64,000 nucleotides of DNA from Cystobasidiomycetes sp. EMM_F5 (Eukaryota): positions 558,001-622,000 of the forward strand of contig JBPGPT010000005.1 of the NCBI GenBank assembly GCA_051047955.1, given 5' to 3'. The notes below the pieces were generated by a model. It did no database searches. It was not told the DNA's origin and saw only the letters and a list, made by a program, of their open reading frames with translations. The translations under genes were made by a program, and so were the position numbers. The stretch's first letter is position 1. Each line of letters starts with the position of its first letter. This document shows, piece by piece, positions 13,430 through 26,438 of the stretch.

Positions 13430-13951
13430 ATGCCATTTCATACTGCTTCGAGCGTACCGATGAAGAGGCGATGGTCATCTGGATCGACATCGTCTGCCTC
13501 GTCAGCATCTACGCCATATACGCGCAGTACAACAACGCCAGGGTCTTCGAACAGTACGCGCTCCGCCTTATCCACCTGTTCCTCTTCCAGCAGCTCTCCT
13601 TCTATGCATCCAGTCTGCGGCAATTTGCCGATCTTGCACGATTTTCAGCTGTATCCCAGCTCTGCATCTACGTCTCGCAGCAACTCCGTCGTTGGCAAGC
13701 CTGACACGTCATTCAGTATGAAGGCACAGTGGATCGCATATGACGATGCTCGTGGTGGATACGCTGCTCCAAGCCTGTACTCGGGTTCCACCGCCTCGAG
13801 CCCTTCACTCAGCCGCAGGACCTCCTTGACTGATCTGTCATACCAGGACATTGCAGGAAGCCGCCTGAAGAAACAGCGACGCGCTACACTTCATTTCCCA
13901 ACAGGAGCAGTCAGTCGTTTTGTAACGCATGACCGACGCAATTCGACGTAA
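13430..13951 (+). CDS. Ser-rich hypothetical protein (173 aa, single exon)
   Basis: Open frame MPFHTASSVPMKRRWSSGS... with low-complexity Ser/Thr content; no recognisable domain. Confidence 0.45.
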   Translation: MPFHTASSVPMKRRWSSGSTSSASSASTPYTRSTTTPGSSNSTRSALSTCSSSSSSPSMHPVCGNLPILHDFQLYPSSASTSRSNSVVGKPDTSFSMKAQWIAYDDARGGYAAPSLYSGSTASSPSLSRRTSLTDLSYQDIAGSRLKKQRRATLHFPTGAVSRFVTHDRRNST

Positions 13952-14308
13952 AGAACATTGCAATTAGTTAAAGAACATAGCAATTGGCGGAGAAAAGTGT
14001 AAGCATTTCCGCGGCGGAGCCTTCTGAGTTGTACAATGGTCTAGATAGATAGATGAATAGCAGGTCAGCAAATAGACATCCAAACGAATGACAAGCAAAA
14101 GGCGCGAGCACGTCTTGCCTATATTACACGTGATGAAAAGCACACACAACAATCATGAATGATGCGCAGCATCCCGCAAGTATTGGTAAAGCAGATTGCC
14201 AAGTACAGATGATGCTTGATATACACGTCATGCAAGTTGAAAGCTGAACAGATATTAGAGTAAATGCAATCCAGTAAGCTACGTAGGTGAAGGAAGCGCG
14301 AGGGCATG

Positions 14309-17212
14309 CTAGCAGCAACCCCAGATGCGTGTATCATCCGGCCGTTGCTCATCCTTCTTGTCTGAAATCATGACCGAGTCTTTCGTACGCAGTATCCGGT
14401 CTTGCGCAATCTGGACTTTACGTTCCACCAATCTCGACGCGATTGACAGAAATAAGTCTTCGATACCCTCATCTTCTTTGGCGGAGACTTCAGAAATCGA
14501 CATGTCCTTCCATACCGGCTCTGGCGGCTGTGTTGGCTGCGGGACCTTGCTTCTTGATTGCGTTCTCGACAGACCGAATGAAGATCCAAAGTAACGGCTG
14601 TTGTTCACGTTGTGGCTGTCACTCGTCTCGCCCATCGCACTTCCCGCACCGGACGACGTAGATGAGACACCACCGTCCGCGTGATTGGCAATAGCGGCGT
14701 TATTGAGCCATTCCGAGATTTTAATCCGGGCGTCTTCGAGGTGTACTCGGCGGTGTTCGGGAGCCAGATCCGCCTTACAACCAACGATATGTACGATCAG
14801 GTCGGACGACATGTTTCGCTGTAATTCATCCAGCCACACTTTGATATCTTCGAGCGAGTCTGGCGATGTGAGATCATAGACAAGTATCGCAGCATGAGCA
14901 CCGCGGTAGTACATTGGTGCCTGAAGCAAACGCGGCCGAAAGTCAGTTCCGATACTGTATACCGGTGGACACGAATAACTACTCACCATACTTCTAAAAC
15001 GCTCTTGACCAGCTGTATCCCAAATCTGTAAGCGGACCTTGACACCGTCCATAATCAGTTTCTTGACGAGGAACGACGCTCCAATGGTAGTCGGCAGCGA
15101 GCTAGAGAACTGTCCAGTCATGTATCGATGTACGAGCGACTACGGCGTGAACAAAGGATCAGCTTGGTACACGACATGCAGTGAAGAACCATGATTGCAA
15201 AAGTTACGTACAGTTTTTCCAACTCCCTGCCTACCGAGTAGAACAATCTTTGCTTCAAGCTGATTGCTTTGCGTAGCGTCGCGGTTGGCCATGTCAAATC
15301 TTGTCTGTGGTACGGATGAATGGCTCGCAAAATCGCCTGGAGCGTTGCCGCGAGGATGATAGCCGTGCGATGATGACTGCTGTGACGGCAGACCCGAGAC
15401 CGAATGTGAATGACCATGTCCATGTGCTGACGGAGGATGTAACGAGTCATGCCGTGATCTTGTCGGAGATCTTTGCAGATGTCCTCCTGCACTCCTCTGC
15501 CCATTGCCAGGAAGCGTAGACGGTAGTGCGGAGGGCGAGGAGCTAGCAACTCGCATCATATTGTGCGAGCTATTGGAAGATGTGGATTGTGGAATATTGC
15601 TGCTTGTACGAGGTACGGGTGCATCGAGCCAGCGATGCCCAGACTGGTGAGAGGATTTGTCACGCGGCGACACAGTCGTTTCGTTGATAGATACCGTAGG
15701 ATACGGATCAAAGTCACTCAGGTGTTGAGTATTGCGCCTGTACTCTGAAGGAGGTGATCCGAGGAGACCAGACGATGAGGCGGTGTTGGTATTCAGTAGT
15801 GTCTGAGATCCGAGTGAGGCTTTCCTGAAGCGGGGATCTTGAGCAGTACTAGAGGTAGGAGAGAGGTGGTGGTGAGCAGACGGGGACGTGACGAGTATCT
15901 GTTGCTGTCGATAAGCCTGTACGTCTACACTATGCCTACGATTTGCACCGCTGATATTGCGCGAGTAATCGCCTAGGTGATCGTTGTAGCGTGCGGACGT
16001 CGATGTGCTAGGTGGAGATAGGTTGGCTTGTCGGTCCCACTCCGGAAATGGTTGGTACGGTGCAGAGCCGTGTCCTGATGTGGTGGCAGAAGTGGATGCA
16101 GACATCGAGGCAGGACTCGACAGCAGCACCGCCGAATCCGGTGGCCGCTGCTGCTGCGACGTAGGGTAATTGGCATACTGATGCTGAAAGTTCTGAAGGT
16201 GCAACTGTGCAGCCGACGAGGCAGAACTTGACGTGCCACTGCTGCCCGCTGTCGGATATCTCGCGGACGTGGGAGTCGTGGCGGCGGCATCCAAGTCGTC
16301 GGCTGCTGCGAATTGTAAGATGTGGTCGCATTGGTCGTCGTCTGCGCCGACAAAAGGGTGACGCGAGGAGGAGGATGTGGAAGTAGCGCTCGTGGGAGTC
16401 ATGATCCCCGTGGAAGATATCGACCGCGGCATGCTAGGTCGCGCAGAATTTGGTGCGGGTTCAGCGAGGCCCACGTATTCCGCGAGCGATGTCAGCGCAG
16501 CTATGGACTGGCGCCTTCGACGACTAGACGTGGCAGGCTGAGAGTGAGACGGTTCATGAGAAGTCAGGGAAAGGTGCTGCCCCGTTGTCGTTGTGAAAGA
16601 ATGAAACCTTTGTTGCTGCTGAACGCCGGCAGCGGCTATGGTGTTTGTCGTGTTTGACCGTACGAGACCTGCCCGCGGGTTCCTCCTGGACGACGCTGAA
16701 GGGAGTCCGGAGAGATGTCCGTGTCCGTATCCGCGCTGCTGCTGCGTGTAGTCGATATCGTCCTGGGCGTGGTACAGGCCAAGGGCATGGTTACGGTTGC
16801 TGAGGACGGGCGATGTGATGGCTGACTGCTGCTTGATGCCGCGCGGAGGGAGTGGACTTGTACTCCGCGACGACGAAACTGACGGCACTGATATTGACTT
16901 GGCTCCAGCTGATGACATGGTCGACCGCCGTGGTCGCGGGGGTCGACGCGCTGCTGCGATATCCTTGGCATCGGCGACCGTAGCAGCGGACGAGGAAGAG
17001 GTGGACACGCTCGTCAAGCCACTGCTCGCACTGCTGCCACTGATATCGGTACTGACACTGCTGCAGCTATCGGTCGACGGCGTGGGCGACATGCAGCTCG
17101 ATGATGGGGCGGTCTCGGCACCAGTCTTGGACGACGAGCCAGCGTCGTTTCCTACCGCACCCATAGTCGCAGCAAACTCCATACTGGTCGGAGATGATAC
17201 TATCGTCGCCAT
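14309..17212 (-). CDS. Rab5/Rab21-group small GTPase with very long disordered N-terminal extension
   Basis: KIVLLGRQGVGKT|S, TTIGASF, WDTAGQERFRSM|APMYYRGA, VGCKAD, EVSAK, C-terminal CC. G1 is in the same exon as ~670 aa of Ser/His/Gln-rich sequence. Confidence 0.85.
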
Positions 17213-18269
17213 AGCTGAAAGTTTGTCGCGCACCGACTACTACGGCCTTTGTGCTGTGAAAACACACGGCCGGAATAAACGCGTTTATTTGGCGTCTCTT
17301 TCGTAACCGTGTCGAGGCAGCGAGAAAGTATTCGGGATTGCCAACATGTACTGACTTGTCGGGAGAGCGTTGACAGTGACGATTTCGAAGAGGGTGTTGG
17401 GATGCTTCGCCAAATCAAGGTTGCTGAAAGTAGCTTTTCAATTAACCTATCGCGACGGAGGATAAACCGGAGGAAAAGGAGGGTGAGAGTAGTAGTGCAC
17501 TGGTATGTCGTCCAGGCAACACTGGAGTCCCCAAAGTTACGTTCTTCGCGCAGTAGCCGGCGCTGGAATATGTCTTCTGACGGCCTCAACTTGACAGGGC
17601 CGCTTTCAAGCTGATCGAGGAAGATGGTCGACCGATGAGCACTTTTAAGAGACTGTTGACAAGCGCAATGTCGCGATGAAATACATTTCGCGTATGTCCG
17701 CGGTGTCAACAGCGACCCTAAACGTCTACTCGAGCTGTCTTTCCAATTATTCAGACTCATTCACACTCGTAGCCAAGCGACATATGGCTGTTTTGAGAGC
17801 TGTCAAAAAGCTATCGCATGCCTCAAATCCTATTCACGTCTTTGCTAGATTGCCGGACAGCCTTCATGGCAGTTTGGCGTGTCTTAGTACGGTATAGGTA
17901 AGTTGGTTGTATCTAGGTACATATGAGAAAGGTGGAAAATCTACGTATCTCTGGTCTCGAAGCGTCCAGCTTTTTCCTTGCGATTAGCCCCGAATCAGAC
18001 TGCCCTGCGCATGAGTGGCCCTTCTGGCGTAAGGAACTACGACCTGTACTATTTGGCCGGTCTTGCATTCATATGCTGCATGATAGACCGCATCTCCGCT
18101 TTTCTTCTTCCTTGTTTATCGTTCTGTTTCCATATTTGGTATTTCTTGACGCGTCGCTGCTGTTTACGCGTTTATTCCGATCAAGTCTCCCTGCGCGCCG
18201 ATGCAAAATATAGAGGCCGCTTGTTTTGGCTTGTGCAGATTATTGTCGAGGTTAACTGACTGGTGCACG

Positions 18270-21200
18270 ATGGCTGCCATGGCGTACAGTCACAGCAGCG
18301 AGGATGGTCTGCACGACGCTGCGGAGGCATCCTTCTCATCCGAGCTGACGAGCTTGAGCCAACTGAGCGCGATGGAGCAGTCATCCGCCGTCAAGCCATT
18401 ACCTCGAAAGACCAGCAAGACATCGACTACTACCACTACGTCGCTTCTGCAAAGTATGCTAGACGGTTTGGATAGCGACTCGGATGGAGAAGGTCTGGAG
18501 CAGGGAAACGCCGAAGCAGCAGACTCTGGCTTCGCAGACCGCCAGAGTATTCAAGACATCCTGCGCATGGTCGATAAAGAATACGGCAGTGATATGGGCA
18601 GTAGTCCTGCTCGGCCTGTCCGACCAGCGAAAGCGCCTTTTATGAAAACGAATATCGTTGACACAGCCAATGACCGCACAAGAGATGTTCTGGCTCGGTC
18701 ACCATCACCCATTCCGCTTAATCTTGGTGATGTCTCTTCAATAGACAAATCTGCGACTCCCCCAGCTCGAGCGCTATCTCGTAGCTCAACTCCGGTAATC
18801 ACCGAGGATGCGCAACAAACTGCATCATCTCCGTCCCCCATCGCTTCACACAACTTCACGAAGAAGCCAATCAGAGCCATATATGACTCTGAGGAAGAAG
18901 ATGCTGCTTCAGCCATCAAGCGCGTTTCAGTAGTAGGATCAAACCACGATGACGACCAGGACGAACTGCCTACCCTTGCACAAATAGCTGCCCGTAGTAA
19001 TTCAGAATCGCCCGTCATCATCCGCAAAAAGACTGCAAAGACCGCCTTGTTCCGCGCAGATTCTGACTCTTCATCAGAAGATGATGACCGCACCCAGCGG
19101 CAGGTATCGGAAGAGATTGAGCAATTTGCAGATGCATCATTTAATAAATCTAGTGCTAGGAAGGGACCGACCGCGAAGAAGGGAAAACCAGACGCAGAAG
19201 GCAAGGAAGATGCTGTCAAGCAAGAGAAGAAGCCGAAAATCAAGGTGACTTGATTCAGTTCTTTTAGTAGCGATACATAAACAAGGCAACTAACGATTCT
19301 ATCCGCAGAAGCTGTCAAAGAAAGAGACTGAAGAAATGCACAAGGAGTCTGAGCGAATCAATCGACGTAGGCCATACTGCTAGCGGGCGACAGAATACGA
19401 CAAGCTGAATTTATTACCGTCTCATGCCTACAGGTCAAGTTTGCTACATTGACAAGGTGTCACGTCCACCGAAGCCGCTTTCAGAGATTATAAAGAAGAT
19501 CCACGGCGGTGCGAAGAGGTGCGTTTTAGCAGAAAGATCCTCTGGCCAGAGTTCACATCGCTAAGGCTTGCTTGCGTACACAGATCATCTGGGCCTCTGT
19601 TCGGGACCCTGCCGTTCTCCTCTACTTCTACGTCTCTTGTCAGTACTGATTTCTCGCGTCAGCATTCTGTCTCAGCCGTAGCCAGAGACTCCAGTCACGC
19701 CGCGGGACTCTCGTCGACGGCATCCAAGCCCATACTCATCGGCTCATCTTCTGCGATACTCGATGCGACATCATTTGATGATCAGCAAGACTCCTACGAC
19801 ACACGCTTTCTCAACAATATTGAGTCTCAGTCACAGTCTGAGCAGTCGATGCAGGCATCGACATCAAAGGCCATGGATGCGAAAATTGACGAGATGGTGC
19901 AGTTGCGCAGCGTACCAATGACGAAACCGCCAGAGGCGGATGAAGACGACGATGATGATTTGCCTGACCTGGCCGTCATCATTGCTCGAGATACGATGGC
20001 GCTAAAGCTTCGACAGCGAAAAGCTGCACTGATAGCTAGGCAGCTCGACTCCAATACAGTGAAAAAGGATACCAAAGGCAAGGGAAAGATGGGAGCTTCC
20101 GGCCTTAACGAGCCGACCGCGTACCACAACGACCCCATCAGTTTAGACGCAGATGAGGACAGCGATCTGGAGATATGCGAACCTGCACTCTTCAAAGCTC
20201 CATTCGCCATCAAGAAGGACACGACGCCTCGCAATACCGCAAAACATGGCAGGAAGGCCAGCACGCATGGGCCGCAGTCTTCTGCATATCACAGCAGAAT
20301 GGAAGGCAGGAGTATCAAGAGGGAAGAGTCATTCGCGTCCGAGAGCCAATTCCACCGAGCGGGAAGGACATTCGGAGCAATCGGAGGCGAGCGAACGACA
20401 GTCGATCCGCATGTAGTGGATTCTTTGAGATTGGGAAGCAAGGCCAATCGCCAGCAAGTTGTTGGCCCATCGACGTCAGCAGTTCCTGCACACAGCCGGG
20501 TCGAGAAGCGCGCAGGCGGAAGGCACGCAACAAGCGTCAGCAAGAAAGCGCAAGATATACTTCTGCTTGGCAAGGCAGCTAGACAGGCTAAAGAAGATCG
20601 AGATAAACGCATCGATGACTGGCAGCGTCGCGGCGGTACTCTGCGCGAAGCAAATGATGCAGCGGGCTCTGCTCCCGTAGCCGAAGGAGCTATATCTGCG
20701 GCGCAAGAGGATGCCAATCGTGCAGAGTTGACCAAAGATATCATGATGCAGATCAGGCAAGATGCGGAAGATGCAGTGGAAGCGGAAGAAGAGGATGATG
20801 ACGAGGAGGATGGCGATTACGTGGGAAGCGGAGAGGAGCGTGAACCTGCTGATGCGGACGTAGGTAGCGCCGACGAGTGGGGTAGTGCAGATGAGGCAGC
20901 TGCGGTTGCGTCGGCATCCGACGACGAGGACCAAGCGGGATCTGACTCAAATGCTGGCGACGAAGGGGCTACATCAGTACACGATATGGCTGAAGAAGCG
21001 GCCCACGCAAATGGCAACGCGCTCGAGCAAGTAGCTAACCTGGACAGATCCGGACAGACGGAAAATGATACTGAGGAAGGAGAGGAGATCTTCCGCCGCC
21101 CTGTCCTCTCAAAGCGACAAGCCATCCTTGACGATGATGACGAGGACGAAGAAATGATAAGTCGGCCCCATGACGGCCAAACCTTTCCAATTTACGATGG

Positions 21201-23077
21201 CGAAATGCGAGATATCTCACTGACTCAAGCACTCGGATCTATTGGAGACACTCGAGTCGGCCCACAAGCCAGTCATGCTGTCTTTGCTGAAGGAGAGGGC
21301 TTCAGCCAGATGTTTGCCGACGGGTCGGCCGGCGATTTTTCACAAATGATGACCCAGACGCAGGTTGTAGGAACTGCAAACCTTCCTCAAGTGAGTTAAA
21401 CACAATTGCGTTCCGAAGATTAGCTGAGACTAATCTGTCTATGGTAGATGTTTCGCAAAGACGCAATCGCTGATACGCCTCAGATACGTCGTCATGCCAT
21501 CGGCGAAGTACCGATAGTCCTGGATGCTGCATTAAGGGATGCGCAGGTCAGGCAAGAGGCAGACCTGGCCTACGAAGAAGAGCAACAGCGTCGAGTTTTG
21601 ATGGCAGAGCAAGCGTGAGCCGGTTAGCTTTATAGCACTCGTCCATTGCTGATTTGATTATAGCGCACAAATTGCCCGTCTGAATGCGACACCAGGATCT
21701 ACGGTCTCTGGCGAGCTGTCGCCTATGGCACCGCTTAGCGAGAACTTATCGCGCTATGCAAGCCGTCCCACAACCCCAGCCTCGAATGACCTCTCGGACG
21801 GAGAAATGCTTCCAGACGAACAGAACGATCTTGTAGCAGATACGCCGATTGTACCTCGGCGTCTCATCCGAGCAGGAGACCAGATGACCATGGCTCTGAG
21901 CTCGCCTGATCCAGACGACGCTGATAGCGAGGATGACAACGTCCCGGACTCGGTCCCGCTGAGCAAAGCGATGAATGCATTTGATATTCTCAAGAAAGGC
22001 CAGCAACAACTGCAAAAACCGAAAGTCAAGAAGGCAGCTAACGAATATTTAGCCGAGCAAGCCGATGAGTCTGAAGATGAAGACATGTTTACGGCGCTTC
22101 GCAAGGCTGCTGATGGCGAGGAAGAAGAGGAGACGAGCGACCTTGATGGCGAACTCGATGGTCTTGTAAATGACGAGACTGTCGCCAAGGAAGAGAAGGA
22201 GGAGCAAGATAAGCTCGCAATGGAGAAGCATAAGGAGCACGTTCAAGCGGATGAAGCTAAAGTGCAAAAACGCGTCGAACGGATCGTTGCCGGTCAAGAT
22301 CGCCGGTCAAAACGAGGAGCAGACGGTTTACTCAGCGACAGTGATTACGAGGACGATGAAGCCGGCTTTCATCGCAAAGCCAAAGTGAAGAAGGCCCGTA
22401 AATTCGACAAAGTTCTCGAGGGTCTGGCTGCAAATCCCAGAACAAACGCCTTCGCAGCTTCCTTGACGGATTTGGATGGCGTTTCGGCATCGCAAAACAA
22501 GGAGAGCCAGTATCTCGGCGACGAGAACTTGCTATCACTCCCGTCTTCCGACATGGGCGATCAGGACACGGAAGACGACGACGAAGTCGATGAAGTGATG
22601 GAGGATTCATACCATCGGCGACCTAAGCAGCCAGAGCGGGAACGCACACCAGAGCTTCAGACTCTGGAGCGGCTTATTTGGCTCAACTCCCCTAGCAGCG
22701 ATATCGAATCACAAGTTGTTGATCGCTTTGCTATCCACGCTACCACCAACCGCGTCACCAAGCACAAACATGATGACTTTGCAGATCTTGACACCCAATA
22801 TACTATCGGTCAAACGGAAAGCTTTACGCGCAAGGTGATTCTTCTTGAGAAAGATGAACAGAATGACCGCGGGGTTGGCCCTGGTCGGACAAGTGCCGTT
22901 ACTGGCTTCGTTCTGCGCAATCAGAAGGGACAGAAGCACAATGTATCCACGTCCACTGTCGTACCTGTCGTCGGATCTACCTTCAAATCCAAAGCGGCTT
23001 CACAACAGCCTGTGAATCAGAGCGTATCTGGAAAGGGTCGTCTAGCAATGGCACGACAGTCTTCCAAAGCGTTCTGA
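18270..23077 (+). CDS. MRC1: Mrc1/Claspin-like replication checkpoint mediator (multi-exon)
   Basis: Large acidic, low-complexity protein with SQ/TQ clusters (FSQMFAD, FSQMMTQTQ) and the MRC1-like block NAFDILKK...EYLAEQADESEDED...DLDGELDGLVND. Confidence 0.7.
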
Positions 23078-23171
23078 TGTGCCGATGTCACATGCTCATC
23101 TTACTCTCGTATCAACTTGTCACTTGTTTAGCCTAATTGTGTAACATAAGATCAGGTTGTCGTTGAATAGT

Positions 23172-24679
23172 CTAACTTCTACTCGGAACGATGAGCGTCC
23201 TGCCAACATCGCAAACAAGAAACGCATTGTCCGCCTTGATGGGCGTATCGTCCACGATTCGATTGTATGTCACACTCTCCCTCGTGCACGCCGCCTTCAG
23301 CTCCTTGACCGGCCAATCTATGGGTTCGTATGCTCCGCTGATTCCACCACGAAGTGTGCCATGATGCATCGCTACGGATGTTCGAGCTCGCAAATCTTTG
23401 TGCATATCGACTGCGTCCCACGGCGCAGCGTGGACACGACTGAGTAACGGTACCGGCATGAAGCAACCGATAGGCAGCAAAGCTAGGTCTACTCCATCGG
23501 TCAGGTCACCAATTTCCTTGAATACCGGACAGGACGGTAGGTCCGCCAGTATTGACCGACCAGGATATGGTGACTCCTGCGATTCGCATACTCGACAAGT
23601 ACGGTAGCCTGTGTCACCGGCGAAGAAGCAAGACACGCTGGATCCCGACGAGTCTGAATACTCAAGGGTCCAGCTGCACCACAGTCGACAATTCTTGTCA
23701 AAGGGTGTTCTTGCGCACTGAAGGACAGCAGTTTCCGTTAGAGTGGTGCGAACACTTGGATAATGCCATACTAACTTCGTGCTGCGAAGGCGTGCATGTT
23801 ATGTCCAGCTTTTGACCGGGATGTCCTGGATGTTCCAGCCTCCGCTGTTCCCACCAGTCCAGTTCTACTACGTTCTCCGAAGGAACCTTCACGTTCTGTA
23901 TCATCCAACTCTTGAGACCCATCGGTACGAAGAAGTATGTTGGGCGCTGACTTTTGCGTTGTATCTGCCAAAATTGTTGTAGAGTTGGAAGATCACAATG
24001 ATCCTGTAATGGTATATGAATCAAATGGTTGCGACATTACAGGTCGAGTTTGCAACGCACATAGTGATCGTGTGATATGAGTACGGCATCTATCCACGGT
24101 AGTTCGTTGAGCTTGAGGGGAGTAGGCAAGAACCTCTTTGGACCCTGCTGCAAAGATCTGGCGACGGTTTTGAGCAGTCTAGGAGGTATGGAAACCCACT
24201 GCGATATTTGTCGGTGACATGCGCTCTGACCATACCGGGTCTACGAGCAACGTCAAGCCCCGCTCACTCGGCGACAAAGATGGGAACTCTTTATTGCTAG
24301 GCAGTCAGTTTGGGTGGTATGGTCGAGGCACCTGTCTCCCACCGAGAACCCAAGATGCATGTCCGATCCATGTAGCCTTTAGAGCATCAGGGTGTTTTCT
24401 TGACGGGTCGCTTAAATTAGCGGGCAAGACCCGAACGTCGCGTTCGTCCTCCTTCAGCGGGATAGGAACGGCTTTTGGGCGATTGATTACACCCATCTTG
24501 AACATTTCCCATCGACTGAAACCGTCAGGATTGTATGATAGCCACGGATTCTGGTAGCCATTGCCATTTTTCAGATGATGAGGTTTTGAAGTGTAGAAGT
24601 GCGGGACTCTGATGCGACTCTGCTCGGGGACTTCAGCTACCTTGATATGAGAGGTTGCAGTATCGTCTTCTTCAGCCAT
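23172..24679 (-). CDS. NAPE-PLD-like metallo-beta-lactamase-fold hydrolase (multi-exon; start approximate)
   Basis: YQNPW, ATWIGHAS, spliced ISHDHY|DHCD metal motif, ELDWWE, TPSQH, FFAGDTGY, DLALLPIG, AMHHGT. Confidence 0.85.
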
Positions 24680-24823
24680 GTGTTGATTGCTAGACCTCGA
24701 GATGCGGCCTTGAGCCAGATCAATCACACTGGTCGGGCCGAGAAAGTCAGACACGGGACCCGCGTAGATGGACCGCTGGTTGTTATCCTAATGCTGGCGT
24801 AGGAGTCCGACGACGTCGGTGCG

Positions 24824-26287
24824 ATGCATCTTCCACATCATCTGCTGGAGAAGCAGGCGAGTCCGTGTTGTACAAGGACCTCAGCTGCCCGTGCTCATTC
24901 TCGCATGACGTCGGCCTAATTCGCGTAGCCGGCATCGTACAGCAAGAAGAAAGAGTACACCTTCCACAAGCTGCTGGGCTGCGGGTGAGTTTTGGGTGAA
25001 GACTGGCTACTGGTACGGCGTCTGTCGAGCTGAGAAGACGTCAATAATACCATAGCACGTTTGGTCAAGGTACGGCTGATAATCATCCTGAAGATGAAGA
25101 ACAGCAACGTTGTCCTAACTCGCCCCAACAGTAAAGCAGGCAACATGGAAGCACTCCGTAAACGGCAAAGAGCCAGAAACGCGCGAAGTCGCAGTCAAGT
25201 GCATCGAGAAACGTCTCGTCAAGTCGAAGCCCGAAATAGTTTATGACGAGATGGACGTGCTAAGAGGCCTCGACAATCCTCACATTGTCAAGATTCTAGA
25301 CTGGTTCGAGTGAGAACAATTCCACCGCACAAGCGGCGCTTCCCGTGCATACTGAGACCGCTTTCTCCCGCAGATCAAAGGACAAGTTTTACCTGGTCTT
25401 TGAGCATATTCAAGGAGGAGAACTGTTTGAACAGATTGTCAAACGGCACCACTTTACAGAACACGACGCCGCGACGTGCATAGAAGCTATCTTGGAAGGT
25501 GTCCAGTATCTACATCACAAAGACCTGTGTCATCGAGATCTCAAGCCAGAGAATCTCTTGTTGCGTGACCGCGCGTCAGGCCATCTGTCAGAGATTGTAA
25601 TTGCCGACTTTGGTGTCGCAAAGCACCTCGAGGCCGATGGCGAGACGCTCAAGACATTGGTCGGCAGTCCAGGTTACTCGGCACCGGAGCTGTTTGACAC
25701 GGAAGGGTATCATGGCCGTGAAGCGGATATCTGGTCAATCGGGGTGATTACCTACGCCTTGCTGTCCGGCACTACGCCATTCTCGCAGAAAGACCCGGCT
25801 GTATGTCTGGCGGAGCAACGTATGGGCGAGATTCCTTTTGATCGTGCTGTATGGCAAACTACGTCAAAAGAAGCAAAAGATTTTATCCGGCAGTGTTTAA
25901 AGGTGAAATATAACGAGCGGCCGACGGCGGACGACTTATTGCAGCATAAATGGCTTCAGCAAGAGTCAGTCCGGTCGGATAAGAATATAGGACACGAAGT
26001 GAGGAGAACATTGTGAGTGCCGGACCATTGTTAAGCGATAACCTGCGTTCCAACTGATTATTGATACAGAACGAAAGACGCTGCAGAGGGAGGTGGATCT
26101 GTAGCGCAATCTATCAGGGCTCTTGAGACACATGAGAAAGAATTAGAGTCTAAAAATAGTCATATTGAAGAGGTGAGTAGCCTGGAAGACACAGGAATTC
26201 TGGCGGTTGATTATTCTGATTTCCTCGGATGTACGTTTTCAGAAAATCAAAAAGCTTGGTCACAAGATATCGACAATTGAGGTATAG
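24824..26287 (+). CDS. CAMK1-like Ser/Thr protein kinase (multi-exon)
   Basis: Q|PASYSKKKEYTFHKLLGCG|TFGQ|V, VAVK, GGELFEQI, HRDLKPENLL, ADFG, GSPGYSAPE, DIWSIG. Confidence 0.9.
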
Positions 26288-26438
26288 TGAGTGGGGGAAA
26301 GGAGTAGATAATGTTGTGAGAGTAGTCGAGGCTTTTAGACTCATGATCTCGCTGTTGGGCCAAATATGAGATTTCCAGGGCATGATACAAATCCGCCACT
26401 GCCGCTTGACTCTGCACGAAACACCTGGTCAGGCCGCA

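Noticed and set aside
18551..22188. Long antisense ORFs opposite MRC1 (similar ones opposite EBP2 and thiolase)
   Set aside because: Shadow frames of acidic or low-complexity coding sequence.
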